A DNA stretch of 63,227 nucleotides, counting the filler, from Rhizaria sp. SCN 62-66 (lineage: Eukaryota), in assembly GCA_001724265.1 (NCBI GenBank). It is 11 parts of 11 records of this genome, joined end to end, with 100 filler letters (N's around TTAATTAATTAA, not from the genome) between each part and the next. Parts side by side here need not be neighbours in the genome. Positions count along the whole stretch, not along the records: positions 12,823 to 18,532 come from MEDY01000695.1; positions 18,633 to 24,707 come from MEDY01000696.1; positions 24,808 to 30,441 come from MEDY01000697.1; 8 more parts are not named here. One strand, given 5' to 3'. Below the pieces are notes generated by a model. The model saw only the letters and a list, made by a program, of their open reading frames with translations. It did no database searches and was not told the DNA's origin. Shown here one piece after another: positions 12,823 to 25,264 of this stretch (position 1 is the stretch's first letter; each line of letters begins with the position of its first letter). Made by a program: the position numbers and the translations under genes.

Positions 12823-15800
12823 ACGCAGAGGCAGCGCGAGACGACGCCACAGCGTACGCAGCGTTGGGTTCCCAAGCAGACACTAGAGGACTGCAACCGC
12901 TGGCGAGCCTTCGCTGCTGCGCTTCAGGTGCAGGACGAACAGGACAGGCGCCGGTGGTACGAGGAGCGCTGCGGGCCTGCGAGCAGGCGCAAGAGCGCAA
13001 CGCAGAGGCTAGACGGCAGCGCCGTGCTGAGGCGTGGGCCGCGGCCGAAAGCCGTGCGCAAGTCAGGCAACGACATGAGCGACGACGAGTTCCTAGACGT
13101 GGAGGTCGAGCGAGCCAAGGGCAAACCCAGGAGCCCGGAGACGTGGACACGGCGGGGGCAGCACGGCAGCGAGCTGCGGCGCGAGCAGGCGGAGCTAGAC
13201 AAGACGTCACGCGACGCAGCGGCGCGCCGGGACCCGGAGCACACGGCTAAGACACTTGCCGACATGGGCGAGAGGGTCGACCGCATCGGCTGGGCCCAGT
13301 TCCTACTTGACTCTGGCGCCAACATCAGCATCGTCAACAGCCCAAAGCTGCTGCATGAGATGCGGCAGCTCGAGCCGGGAGAGATGACCGTGAGCGGCAT
13401 CAACGGCGCCACCGACATGAAGGCACAGGGCAAGGTTAAAATCAGGCTCGGCGAAGGCACGGTGGAGGTGAAAGCATACTACTCGCCGGCCACGGCGCTG
13501 AACGTGGTGTCGATGTGGGATCTGCTGCGCGCCGGGCACGTGTCAATACGCTTTGAGAACGAGAAGACGATCTACGTCTACAAACGCGGAACCAACGAGG
13601 TGATGATGCTTTTGACGACGGAGGACGACTCGGGCTTGGCGTTCGTGCAGAGCCACTGCAACGGCAACGGCGGTGACGACCGGCAGATGAGGTGGGGCTT
13701 CGCCGCGGCGAGGCGACCGCAAACGCCGGCGACGGGTCTCACATTGAGCGGGCACAAGCATTACACGCACCCGTCCGACGCGACCGTGCTGGTGCAGATG
13801 TACAATGACGGGTTACTGCCTGGCGCGCTGGCGTCACACTTCACAAGCGATGCGAAGCATGAATTCAAGTGCGTAGACTGCTTACAAGCAAAGGCGCGCG
13901 AGAACAACTACGCGGATCGTGGCGGCGAGCACCAGAAACAACCGGGCCTAGTACTGTCAGGCGATATGGCGGGCCCGTTCATCAAGGGCGTCGGTGGCTC
14001 GAACATGTTCATGGTGGTGTACATCGAACTGACGGGCATGCTGGAGGCTCCACACGGCTACAACAAGTTACCAACGCGCAACAAGGCGCTGTCGCGCATC
14101 AGGTTCTACGCGGCGCGTGCCAAGGATGGCGAGCCCGTAAGCGTGCGTCTCGACGGCGCGGGCGAGCTGGCCGCGGAGGAAACGAAAAAGTCGCTCGAGG
14201 CCGCTGGGATCTCGCTCATACACAGCACACCCAACACACCGCAGACGAACGGGGCGGCGGAGCGCGCTGTGGCGATCGCGACGCAAGCGATGCGCACGGT
14301 GCTACTCAGCTCGGGGCTTTCGGAGTGTTTCTGGCCGCAGGCGCTGGACATGGCGATGCGCATGCGCACGGCAACGAAGAAAGCCAAGGACGCGGACATG
14401 TCGCTGCGCGAGCGGCACGGCCTGCCGACGACGAACGTAGGCCGCGTTCTCGAGTTCGGCACGCTAGTGTACGCTAAACTGACGTGCCAGACAGACAAGC
14501 TCGGTAACCGGGCCGTACCGGCTGTGTACCTGGGCCCGGCGCTGGAAAACGCGCACAAGGTGATGCCGCTGGTGCAAGTGGGCGGGGCGTACAAGGGCGT
14601 GGCGAAGCGCACGACGATCGTGCGTTCGATCAAGAGCATCATAGCCAAGCCCGGAGAGCCGCAGCACAGGCGTATCTTGCGCGCAGCAGGGATTGCGCGC
14701 GGACACACACTGCCGGATGTACTTGACGTCGACGAGGACGACGCGCGCGCAGAGAGCTATGAAGTTGAGGACATCTTCACAGCGGATGATCTGGCTGGCG
14801 TTAATAACGGCGGGGACGTAAGGACTCGTGAGCATAAGAAGCGCGCAGACAGCGAAAAAGGCAACGACGACGGCGTCAATGGCGGCGGCGGCGGAGGAGC
14901 CGGCGGCGGGGGCGGCGGCGGCGGCAGCAGCAGCAACGGCGGCGGCGATGGGCTCGGGGCCAGCGTGGCACAGCAATCGCCGAACGCAGCAGCAGTCCAG
15001 AACGACGAAGTAGACGCTGGCGGGCCACCGCGTCGGCCGCTCGAGGGCATTCCTATGGACGACAATGCCAACGAAAAGGACGGCGACGGCAACGGCGACG
15101 ACAACAACGGCGGCGACGACGACGTCGACGGACGCGACGATGCCGACGGCCGCGGCGGAGCAGACGGAGACGACGAGGCGTCCGCGGACACCGATGGAAC
15201 GGTCAGTGACAGTCAGGTTGACGACGACGACACTGACGCCGAAGCTTCGTATGATGACAGCGGCACCGAGTCGGAGGACGAGCCGAGCGACGCCTACGAA
15301 GACGAGGAGCTAGGCGAAGTCGTGTTCGACGAGGGTGGCGTGCCAGTAGCGCTGGCGGAGCCACCGAGCGAAGCGCGGGAGCAGGCACATGCGCAACTAC
15401 CGCGCCGCAAGCGCGGGAGGCCGACCAAGGCAGAGGCTGCGCAGCGCGAGGCCGCGATGAGGGCGGCCGACCGACGGGTGGCCGAGCAGCGACAACTGAC
15501 CGAGGCTGAGGCGACGGCAGCGCGGGCCACACGGGCGGCAGCTCGATCAAAGCAGGATGCGGCACAAGCGCGAGCGCTCGAGGCAGCTGAAGCAAGGACG
15601 CGAGCGGCGCCCGAGACAGCGGAGCGTATACGCGCGCTACAAGAGAGCAACGCTGAGGACCGCGAGCACGCGCAAGACGAGCGGATCGGGGTGGAGGATG
15701 CGGCGGCAGCAGCAGCAGCGGCCGCAGACGCGCCCAAGTACTCAGGCCCGAAGACTCAACGGCACGCGAGCAATGCAGGCGAGCAGCCGCAGCCGAAAGC

Positions 15801-18336
15801 ACAGCAGATGCGGAGGCAGCGCGAGGTGACGGGCGAAGCGCAGCACCGCGAGGCTGCGCGTGAGCGCGAGCTCGGAGCAGAGCGGGCAGAAGAGCTTGGA
15901 GCGAACTCAGCAGTCAGGGCAGCAGAGCAGGCGAGCGTGGAGCTGATGGTGCAGGCGGCGGGCGAGCAACTGTCCGAAGCGTCAGCCGGGGACCCGGAGG
16001 CTCCGAAGTCACGGTCAGGCAGGGCTATCAGGGCCAAGACGCCGGGCGAGCTGCAGTCAGCGGCGGAGCTGGTCAAGGCCCGAGACGAGCAGCGAAAGCG
16101 AATCGTGCAGCTGGCAGTTGAAGGCGACGGCGACACGGCAGTGCTGGCGCTGGGCAGCATCGTGGACACACTTGAGCTGCTCAACATGCGCGCACGACAG
16201 GCGGACGCAGAGATGCCGAGCGACGCGATCCAAGAGCTCTGGGCGGCCGTGAAGGACGACTTGCTCGTCCGCGGCCCACTTGGGGTGGCGGACAACCGCA
16301 GGTCTGTCACGGATCGTGATCACGAGTACGAAGACCTTGTTTCTAACGCGGCAAAAGTCTGCGAGCCACACGACAAGTTCAACGAAGACGTGGCGGCCGA
16401 AGAAACAAACCGTGCGACATTTGCAATGATGACTGTGGCAACGGCGACGATCAAATGCGCCGAAGTAGCGGAACGCGAAGCAGGCCCAAGCAAGCTAGGA
16501 CTAACAGCCAAACTCGACGCAAAGCGCTCGGACGACGCAGAAGGACAACTGAAAGTCGGCGACGTGCTCCCCAAAGAACTCAGGGGCCCGATGTCCTTGA
16601 CGAAGATGTTACGCTCGAGGCTCGAGACATTGACGGCCGCGGCAATCGAAAGCGAAATGGACGCAATCCTGGGTGCTCGAGAGGGTAACTTGCAACCGAT
16701 CAGCCGCACTGAGGCAACCGAGAAGATGAACGCGTACAACAAGCGTCATGGCCGACCACTCATCGTCGAGGAAGAACTGGAAGTGCTGCCGGCGATTTTC
16801 GTCGCAGTAGTGAAGGTGGACATCGATAACAAAATCACAAAAGTAAAGGTGAGGATGGTGGCGGATGGTTCGAAGCAGAGCAGGGGCGATGCGGCAGAAA
16901 ACTATGCGTCTGGAGTCACAACACAAGGGATGAAGGCCTGCTTAGCCTACGCAGCAGCGGAGAATTGGGTGGTATACCAGGGTGACATTGCTAACGCATA
17001 TTTGCAAGCTCCAATTAAAATCCCAACCTTTTTGACAATTAAAGGAGGTATTACACAAAAAATCAATGCAACTGACGGACAGGTTCTGGCATTAACAGCA
17101 AATCTTTATGGCACCCTGCAAGGAGCCAAGTGTTGGAACGACGAGATTTCTGGCTTCCTCAAGAAGAAACTCGGACTTTCCCCATCGATTGCGGACCCAT
17201 CAGTGTATATTAAGAAGGCTAAAGACAGCAATAAGCCTGTATTGATTGTCGCGTGCTATGTGGATGACCTGATTGTATCGGCAGCGAAGAAAGAAGTGGC
17301 AAAGAATGCTTTGGACATCATTGCTGCGAGGTACAAGCTGTCGAGCAGCGGCGAGTTGGCCCAGATCCTTGGGATCAGGGCGCTACGTGACGCAGCCAAC
17401 AGGACGATTTTGCTAAGCCAAGAACAACTCATCAACGAGATCGCGGACGACATGGGCGCGACGGCTGCGCCGCCGACGGCCGCCCCGGGCGGCAGCCACA
17501 AGTCGATCGGACGGGAGATGAGGTTCCACCTTATGGCCGGCAGCGTCGACACGAGGTCTGCGTTGGGTCTCTCGGACTCGGCGATGAAGGACCGCTATCG
17601 TACGGTGGTGGGCAAGGCATTGTTTGTCAGCGGCGCCACGCGCCCAGACATTGCGGCCGTGGTGAGCATGTTTGCGTCACACTCGGCGAACCCGACGTGG
17701 GCGCAATTCCAGGCTCTGCACGACCTAGCTCGCTATCTGAAGGGGACGAGGACGTGGAGTCTGGTAGTGGGTGGTAAGAAGATGCACGAGCTCCTCAACT
17801 GCGACGGGGAGAAGCGCACAATGCCACTCAAAGTCAGCACGGACGCGAGCTGGTTCTCCAACAACACAGACGGCGGTCGCTCTCGGACGGGCTATGTCGT
17901 CGGTTTTGGCGGCTCGCCCTTGGCGTGGAGCTCCAAGATGCAGAAGACGATTGCAGGTTCGGCCGCTGAGGCCGAGATTAACGCACTGATGGACGGAGTG
18001 CGCGAGGCCGTCTGGGTGGCGCATATTCTGCAGGACTTCGGCATCGGCAACCTGTACATCGATGCACAAATTGACAACGAGCCTGTGCGCATGGTGGCGT
18101 CCACCACCAAGGCGCGGCATGTTGGCATGAGCACGGCTGTGCGCAAGATCTCGATTCTGCGCGAGATGATCGCTGAGGACCGCACGCTGCGGCTCTCGCG
18201 TGTACCGGGCAAGGACAACCCAGCGGACCTGATGACCAAGTGTGTTCACGGCGCGCAGCACACAACCATGGTCCGAAGGTTAGCCTTTATGGATATGACC
18301 AACACGCGCAGGGTCATAGGCGCTGGGGAAATGTAA
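12823..18336 (+). mobile_element. Ty1/copia LTR retrotransposon pol (PR-IN-RT-RH), 5' partial, ends TAA
   Basis: Protease FLLDSGA (~13300). HKHYTHP..CVDC zinc motif. Integrase GDMAGP/LDGAGE/NGAAER. RT DIANAYL, LYGTLQG, YVDD. RNase H TDASW, AEAE, DNE, ADLMTK. Domain order is that of copia. Confidence 0.96.
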
Positions 18337-18454
18337 CCAAGTGCCGATACTATAGGCGCAAAGCTCAGCGGAGCTTTTACATTCTAAAAAGATCTCGAGA
18401 CTAAACATTGTTTAGAACTTCTCATCGGGAGGCTGATATTTTGAGAACCCCAAC

Positions 18455-18532
18455 GGAAGGGACGTGGCAGGTGGTGTCGAAGAGTGCGCAACTACAATGT
18501 GAGATTGCTAACCATTTGCGCACAAACACGAC
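18455..18532 (+). repeat. Possible polypurine tract and start of the copia 3' LTR
   Basis: GGAAGGGA followed 2 nt later by TG. No second LTR copy is available to confirm. Confidence 0.3.
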
Positions 18533-18632
18533 NNNNNNNNNNNNNNNNNNNNNNNNNNNNNNNNNNNNNNNNNNNNTTAATTAATTAANNNNNNNNNNNN
18601 NNNNNNNNNNNNNNNNNNNNNNNNNNNNNNNN

Positions 18633-21600
18633 GTCGACACGACCTACCCTCTGCTACTTGACGCCACGCCGCCCGTGTCGTTCCGCTCGCTCGCGCGCGC
18701 AATGCTCCCAATCACAACTGATCCTGCGCTGCCGAATATCCCGATCCTTGACTTCGACGGCACCGCGTTCGCATTCAACTTGCTCATCTGGTTCTGCACC
18801 AAGCCGCTGCGGCCCGACGCGCAGTTTTATCTCTACACGCGCGGCGTTAATGGGGCTGCACCACTTTTCACTGCTGCTGTGCCGCAGGTCTCTGAGGACG
18901 TGAGTCAAGGCGGATTCGAGTACACGTTTCATGTTGGCTCACATACTGGTTTTATCTTACTGCAGCGCTCCAATGCAGAGTGCGAGATTCACGACGAAAA
19001 TGGAATCCTAACCTATGTTTCTGACACAATGCCCACAGTTCAGCCCATGATGGACGTCCTTGCGGACATGCTCGACCGGCGCGTGCGCCTCACCGTCAAT
19101 CCCACCGGTGTGCTACCGTTCATCAGCAAGGACGACGCGTTCAAACTCACGTTCTCGGCTAGCATGTCTGCGACCGGCTGTGTGTCTTAGCATGCAGTTG
19201 TCACAGCGGCTTCGGCCAATGTGGTTTCGTTTGTTCCCACGCTTACGCACTCCACAGCGCGCGCCATCGAGGTTATCTGCAATTTCCCCCACGATGCCTT
19301 CTCGCCCGTGCTCACTATCACTTCGCTTAACGGCATTACTGTCGCGGTCGCGTACACGATTGGCACAGTCTCAACCTCTCTTGTGCGCTTCTACTCCGCG
19401 CCTCTGCTGGCCGCCGTGCCGCACGCTCTTACCGATGCCAACGCTGTTGCCGCAGGCTTAACCGCATTTGCGCTGCCCGAGTCCATGCAGGGCGCCAATG
19501 TTACCTACTCTGGCTACAGCGCAACGCGTGAGTTACACAGGCTTGCGCACTTTGGCTATGTGCACGCCAACGGCAGTATCACAACTGCGCGCGCCCACCT
19601 GAGCGTGTCTGGCGACCGGTCGACGATGGAGCTTATTGTTCCTGCTACCGCAACTGGCGTTGTGTTGTTCCGTCGCCGTATCGTTGACGCATATCTTGTG
19701 CCTACAACTGGTCCCGCACTGGATCTGCGTCGAGCGCCTATTCAGCCGTTAGCGGCTCGTGTTACGCTTGGCACAAGTAGTGGCACCATGGTGCCCGGAA
19801 ATGCTCACTTTGGTTACTTCATGACCGGCGATATTGTCGAAATTAGCACGTTCAATGCTGACCCTAACATCGTCGCAATGGGTAAGTATGGCACATATAC
19901 CGCCGCGTACAGCAACGGCATGCTGTCTCTCGCTGCAAAATATGGCACTGACATTGGCTTGGTAAACTCCCAGGTTAACATCACGTCCCTTGACTCTGGT
20001 TTTAGTTACGCTGCTGGACAAACGCCCAAGATGTTGCTCAGGCGGGAGGACGATGTCGCTGTAGACTTTGTTATTATCAACCACGGCGTTGAGCGGGCTG
20101 ACGGCTCTTACTATTCCACACACTTCACGCCTATGTACATTGCACCCGGTCCTGCGCCAGTGCTGCGCTACTTCTCCTGGCTTGAGAACCTTCCAGTTGT
20201 TCCGCTGCCACGCGAGCAAACATCAGCTGCCTTGGCCCAGTCTTTCGTGGCAGCCTCTCCTGTTGTTGCTTCGCGCGCCTCCGCGTTGGCGCGGGCTGCT
20301 GCTGTGGCTGCAGCGTATGAAAACTCCCCAGTTCTGCTTGCGGGCGGTGACAGTGTCGTTACGCTCCGCTGCTCTGCGCTATTGAACGCTGTTGGCGTTG
20401 TTGCGGCTGATACACGGAGTCTCTCTGTTGTCGAGCTTAAGCAGTGGGGCACGCGCATTAACGGCGGCACTTTCCTGTTCCACACACTCATCGTCGGCAA
20501 CGCTGCTGGTCTTGTGTTCTTTGCGCGCTCAAGGACGATTGCGTGTGACATTCTTACAGAGGATGCAACTGCAGCGCTTGTGTCGCTGGCGCCGTTGCCG
20601 TTTGTTCCGGTGTACGCTGATGTCGCAATCACCGAGACCCGCGCTGTGGCAGCTCCGGCCGACGCTGCCGGCACAGTGGCCACGGACCAGTTGCTCACGA
20701 TCACGCCGCGCGGCCGGTACGGCTTTCTGGACTCCGGTGACGTGTTCACAATCGGCGCCTTTACGGGTCTTGCACAGGCTTCCTTTGCACTCAACGTCAC
20801 TGCAGTCACCGCGAGCATTAACGCCGCTGTGGGCACGGTCACGCTCGCGATTGCAGATCTCCCTGGCCAGTCGCCGGTCGGCGTCGCGCTGCGCGCTCTG
20901 CTGCGCGGTGGCGTCGCTGTCGAGAACTCCGACAGCATCGCGGTCACGGTTACCAGCGCGGGCGGGTTGGTGTTTGGCCCCGTGCTGCAGAGCTCGCCTG
21001 CGGGCCCGCTTGCGCTCACAGTAACGACGCTGCTGGAGACCGAGGTTGGGATGCTTCCGGGCACCGACAGCGTTGGCGGCTGGACTGTTTCCTACGCGCT
21101 CGATTCCACGGTCAAGGGCAGCTACCCGCTTGTGAGCTTCATCTTCCAGGCCAAGTCCGTGGCAAGCTTGCGTTCCGATCTTGCACGCGTAAGATACTCT
21201 TTCCCAACCGGTGATATCGACGCGCTACTGCGCTTTGACGGCCGCGACGCGCCTGTCTACTGTGAGGGCGCGCGCGCGGTATGCACTGTAGATTCCGTTG
21301 CGGCCACGGTCACGATCGAGGCCCCCGTAGATGCTGCAGCCGCGTTTACCGTGAGGCTCTACGGTGCTCGTCTGCATGGCAGCAAGTACACAGTCACTGC
21401 TGATGCTGTCGCGGCAGGCGTGCTTATGTCATCGCTGCAACTTCCCGCGGTGGATAATACTGTGGAGCTGATGGCGCTTGATCTTGACACAGTTAGCTTC
21501 CATGTGCCTGTGTATCGCATTCCCGAAACCGCAGCACTGCACGCAAGCACGCTCGCTGTGCTCTGCCCCGCTGGCGACCTGACGCACGCCGCGCTTGTGC

Positions 21601-24600
21601 TGGCCGACGGCACTTTAGCGCTGCAACGGCTCACGACTGACGTCGCCGTGTTTGAGGACATGTTCCCGGGCTCTGGTGTCTCCGTCGCGCTGATCGACTT
21701 TGCCACGGCGCGGAGTGTCGCGCTTTTCACGCACGAAAACCGCCGCTGCACTGCGCGGTTTATCCGCAACGACAACGCGTTTGCGACCGAGATGTCCGGG
21801 CTTTACAGCTTTGCGTTTGACGCCGTGCCGCACCGCACCGCCGCAGCCATCACCGTTTCCAACAACAACGGCAACGGCGACGCTGCACTGCGCGTCGTCA
21901 TTGCGCCGCAGACCGAGCTCGGCTTCTTTAGCGCCGGCGACGAACTGACGCTGTCTCACGGCATTGCCACCGCGTTTAACAACGGCGTTGAGTGCTCTGT
22001 GTCGCTCCCGGGCGTCGCTGCGCGCGCCTCGGCCGCCGGTGTTACCGTCGCAGTCGAGGAGACCACCGTGCCCGGCGAAGTTATCGGGGTCACCTGCAAC
22101 GGCGTGGACGTTTCCCCCGCCGCGCCCGCCGGACTGCGCGCAGTGTTTGCCTCTGCGACAGCAGCGGAGGCGCGGTTTGGCGTTCGCGGCGGCGAGAAGT
22201 CGCTCTTTACGCTTAACACCGACGGACTGGCCGCGGTCGCCGCGGGGCCCGTGCCGCTGCCTGCGACGGCGATCACGCTGTCGCTCGCGACGCCTTACGC
22301 TGACAGCGAGAGTGAGTTCTCCCTGAACATCGCTGCTGGTGGCGCTGATCTCCCTGTCGGCGCGGTGATCGCAGTCGAGTTCCCGCACGACTATGCGCCT
22401 CTTCTCAGCACCGGCGCCGCGACAGTCCCGTGCTCCGCTGCAGACGGCGCCGCCGAGCTCAGCCTCACAATTACGGCCGCGGGGCTCTCGCTTACAATCG
22501 TCTCCGGTGTCGCTCACGGCGCTGCTGAGAACGTAATCACGTGCGGCTCTGTGCGCACTGCACCGGGGCCCTCCGTTGGCACTAATTCTGCTGCGGCCGC
22601 CGCGATTGTGACTGCCGCGTCAGTGTCGCTGCCGTCGAGCGAGGGTCAACTGGTGCAGCGCTTTACTGTGGCGAACATTGCGCTGCCCGCGCTTTCTCTG
22701 CTGCCCGACGCTGTCGAGCTTGCTGCCGCCAAGCTTGCACCGGCCATTGGCAACGTCTTTGCTGCCGGCGCTACGGGACAGGCTATGTTCGTGACTCTGC
22801 CCGCGCTGCCCATCGCGCTGCCCGCCGGCGCCAAGGTCATTGTCACTGCGGTACTGCTCCGTGGCACCGCCTCCGACGATGGCATTGACTGTGCTGTTAT
22901 CGGCGACTTTGCGGCCGCTTTCCCGGCTGCGACCGTCGATGCGGCCGCCGGCAAGGTCTCTGCAACTGCTATTGCTGCAGTCGCTGTCTCTGCCCAGGCT
23001 GTTGTTTTCCGTTGCAAGAATGTCAGTATCCCCAAGAAGTTCGCCGCTGCCTCCGCTGCTGCTGGCTCCTTTGTGATCACCGCGACGGCGTCGCTGGCCC
23101 CGCGCCAGTACGTCCTGGCCAAGGGCGCTGTCTCCGCCGCCGCCATTCGCGGCTCCGGCCCCGTCAGCTCCTCTTTCTCGGCGGCCGCTGTCGGCGAGAT
23201 TGGCAAGATGAAGTTCCTCTTCTCAGACATGGCTGTGTTCAACTACAAGTCCTGGCTCTGGGGCTCGCTGTTTGACGGCTACAAGATCGAGAAGCTGCCC
23301 AACATGGAGCTCGAGTTCGAGGTTGCGCTGCCCGCGACTGTCAAGCCCGTAGCGTCCGGCTTTAGCTGCGTCATGGACCCTTACTCCATCCAGCTCCCTG
23401 GCGTCACAGTCTCCCTTGCCTCTGTCAACGTTGCGGCCAGCACCTTCCGCTTCAAGACCGTCGGCCCCATTGACGGCGACGGTCTCGCTGTTGTCTGTGC
23501 CAACCTTGTTGCTGCCGCCTCCGCGCCTCACGTCGTCGCCCCCGTTGTAACCGCCTACGTCGCCAGCGTTGCTGAGCCTATCTTCCAGGCTGTCCACTCT
23601 GGCCGCGCTCCCTACCCCCCCTTCGTCCCCGTCGGTGCTGCCGAGGTCGCTGCGTCGTTTGCGCCCGTTGGCCTCGTTGCTTCCGCGTCCCGCTTCTCGC
23701 TTGTCTTCACCATGCCCAAGTACCTTGCCCTCGAACAGGGCTCCGTCGTCTCCGTCACGCTCGGCCCCTCCGCCGCCGTCTCCGTCGCGGGCGCCGTCAC
23801 GTGCTCGCTCGGTGCCACCGCGTACAACGCCGAGCAGCGCGCGCTTACCGTCATCGTCGCCAAGACCACCGCTGCCAACGCTGCTGTTGCGCTTACGTGC
23901 GATGGCTTCGTCAACAACGAGTCCGAGGTCGATGCTAATGTTGTCGGCAACACCGCGACTGTCCGCGTCCTGACCGCCGCCGGAAACGTCGTTGTTGACG
24001 CCGTCGCCGTGCCCTTCGGCGCTGTTACTGCTGCCCGCTTCACTGCACAGGTCTCTGCCGGCGCACCGCTGCAGGCTAGCGACATTGACCCCAAGCTGGA
24101 GGCTCTCAGGGCGTACTACGTTGAGGGCTACAAGCCGCGCACTGTTGTCACCGCGCCTGAGGACGCCGTCACCATCACGCTCGGCAGCCTTGCGCGCGTC
24201 ATCACCGCTGCGGACGAGGTTCACATCACGCTGCCCGCTGCCTTCGAGTACTCGCACACCAACGCGAGCGCTACAACGCGACCCTGCCTCTGCCCGACGC
24301 CGACGTTATCGCCTCTGCTCGTGTCGCCAAGACCGCCGCGCAGGGCACGCAGCTCCAGCGTTGTCTGCGTCGGCATCACTCGCCCCGTCGGCGTCACCAC
24401 GTCCACGGTCACCAACGCCACTGTCTACACCAGCCAGCACGCCGTCATCGCCCGCTCGTCTTCCGTCATCCTCGCTGCCGTCGGCGTCCCCTCGATCGGC
24501 ACCGAGTACGCTTACCTGATGCCCGACCTTACCGTTGCCGGTGAGTCCACCACCACTGCGTATACGCTCTCGCTCGCGCCCCTCAGCGTCGCCATCCCAG

Positions 24601-24707
24601 CCGGCGCCGTCGTCTACTTCCGTCTGCCTGCTGTCATTACTGCGGGCTCTGACGTCAAGTGCCAGGCGCTCAAGTGGAACAAGAAGGTGTCCGCTCTCAC
24701 CGTGTCC
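18633..24707 (+). CDS. Very large (>2000 aa) Ala/Val/Thr-rich protein built from repeated beta-rich Cys-pair modules, probably a surface protein. Partial at both ends, one in-frame TAG at 19188-19190
   Basis: ORFs 18675..19190 and 19221..24755 share a frame and are joined as GCVS*HAVVTAASANVVSF. Recurrent module xLPxGxx(I/V)x(V/L)xLP..C..T(I/V)..TC. Confidence 0.8.
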
Positions 24708-25264
24708 NNNNNNNNNNNNNNNNNNNNNNNNNNNNNNNNNNNNNNNNNNNNTTAATTAATTAANNNNNNNNNNNNNNNNNNNNNNNNNNNNNNNNNNNNN
24801 NNNNNNNCAGTGAGTGAGTTATGATCGTGTGAGTTGTGATGACTTATGCGATAGTTCATTTTTGTTCGTGTGAGTTATAGTCCGCTCCCCCCCATACTAC
24901 TATATCGCTATGCGTACACAATACAACAATCGAATTTTATAACATACGTAACGTTTATTTGATTGTTTACTTATCTGTATTTCGGAGACTGCGACGTGAG
25001 AGTAACAACGCAGTTTCAAAGAAAGAGCATAGTTGTGCTTGTTCGTTTTCGTTGCGTATTATTATTTGTATTTTATTTTAAAACGAGACGTTACGTCTGT
25101 TGCAGCAATGAATTGAATGGTAAGCTTAAGAATGAGAGAGCGAACGCAAAGTTACATTACAACTCGTTCGCGGAACTGCACGTTTGCAGTAAGTGAGCAC
25201 GTTTTGTGGTCATGAAAGTGCCGTTGCAAGAAAGCGCGCAAGCGCGAGCAGCTGTGCGTTTTGC

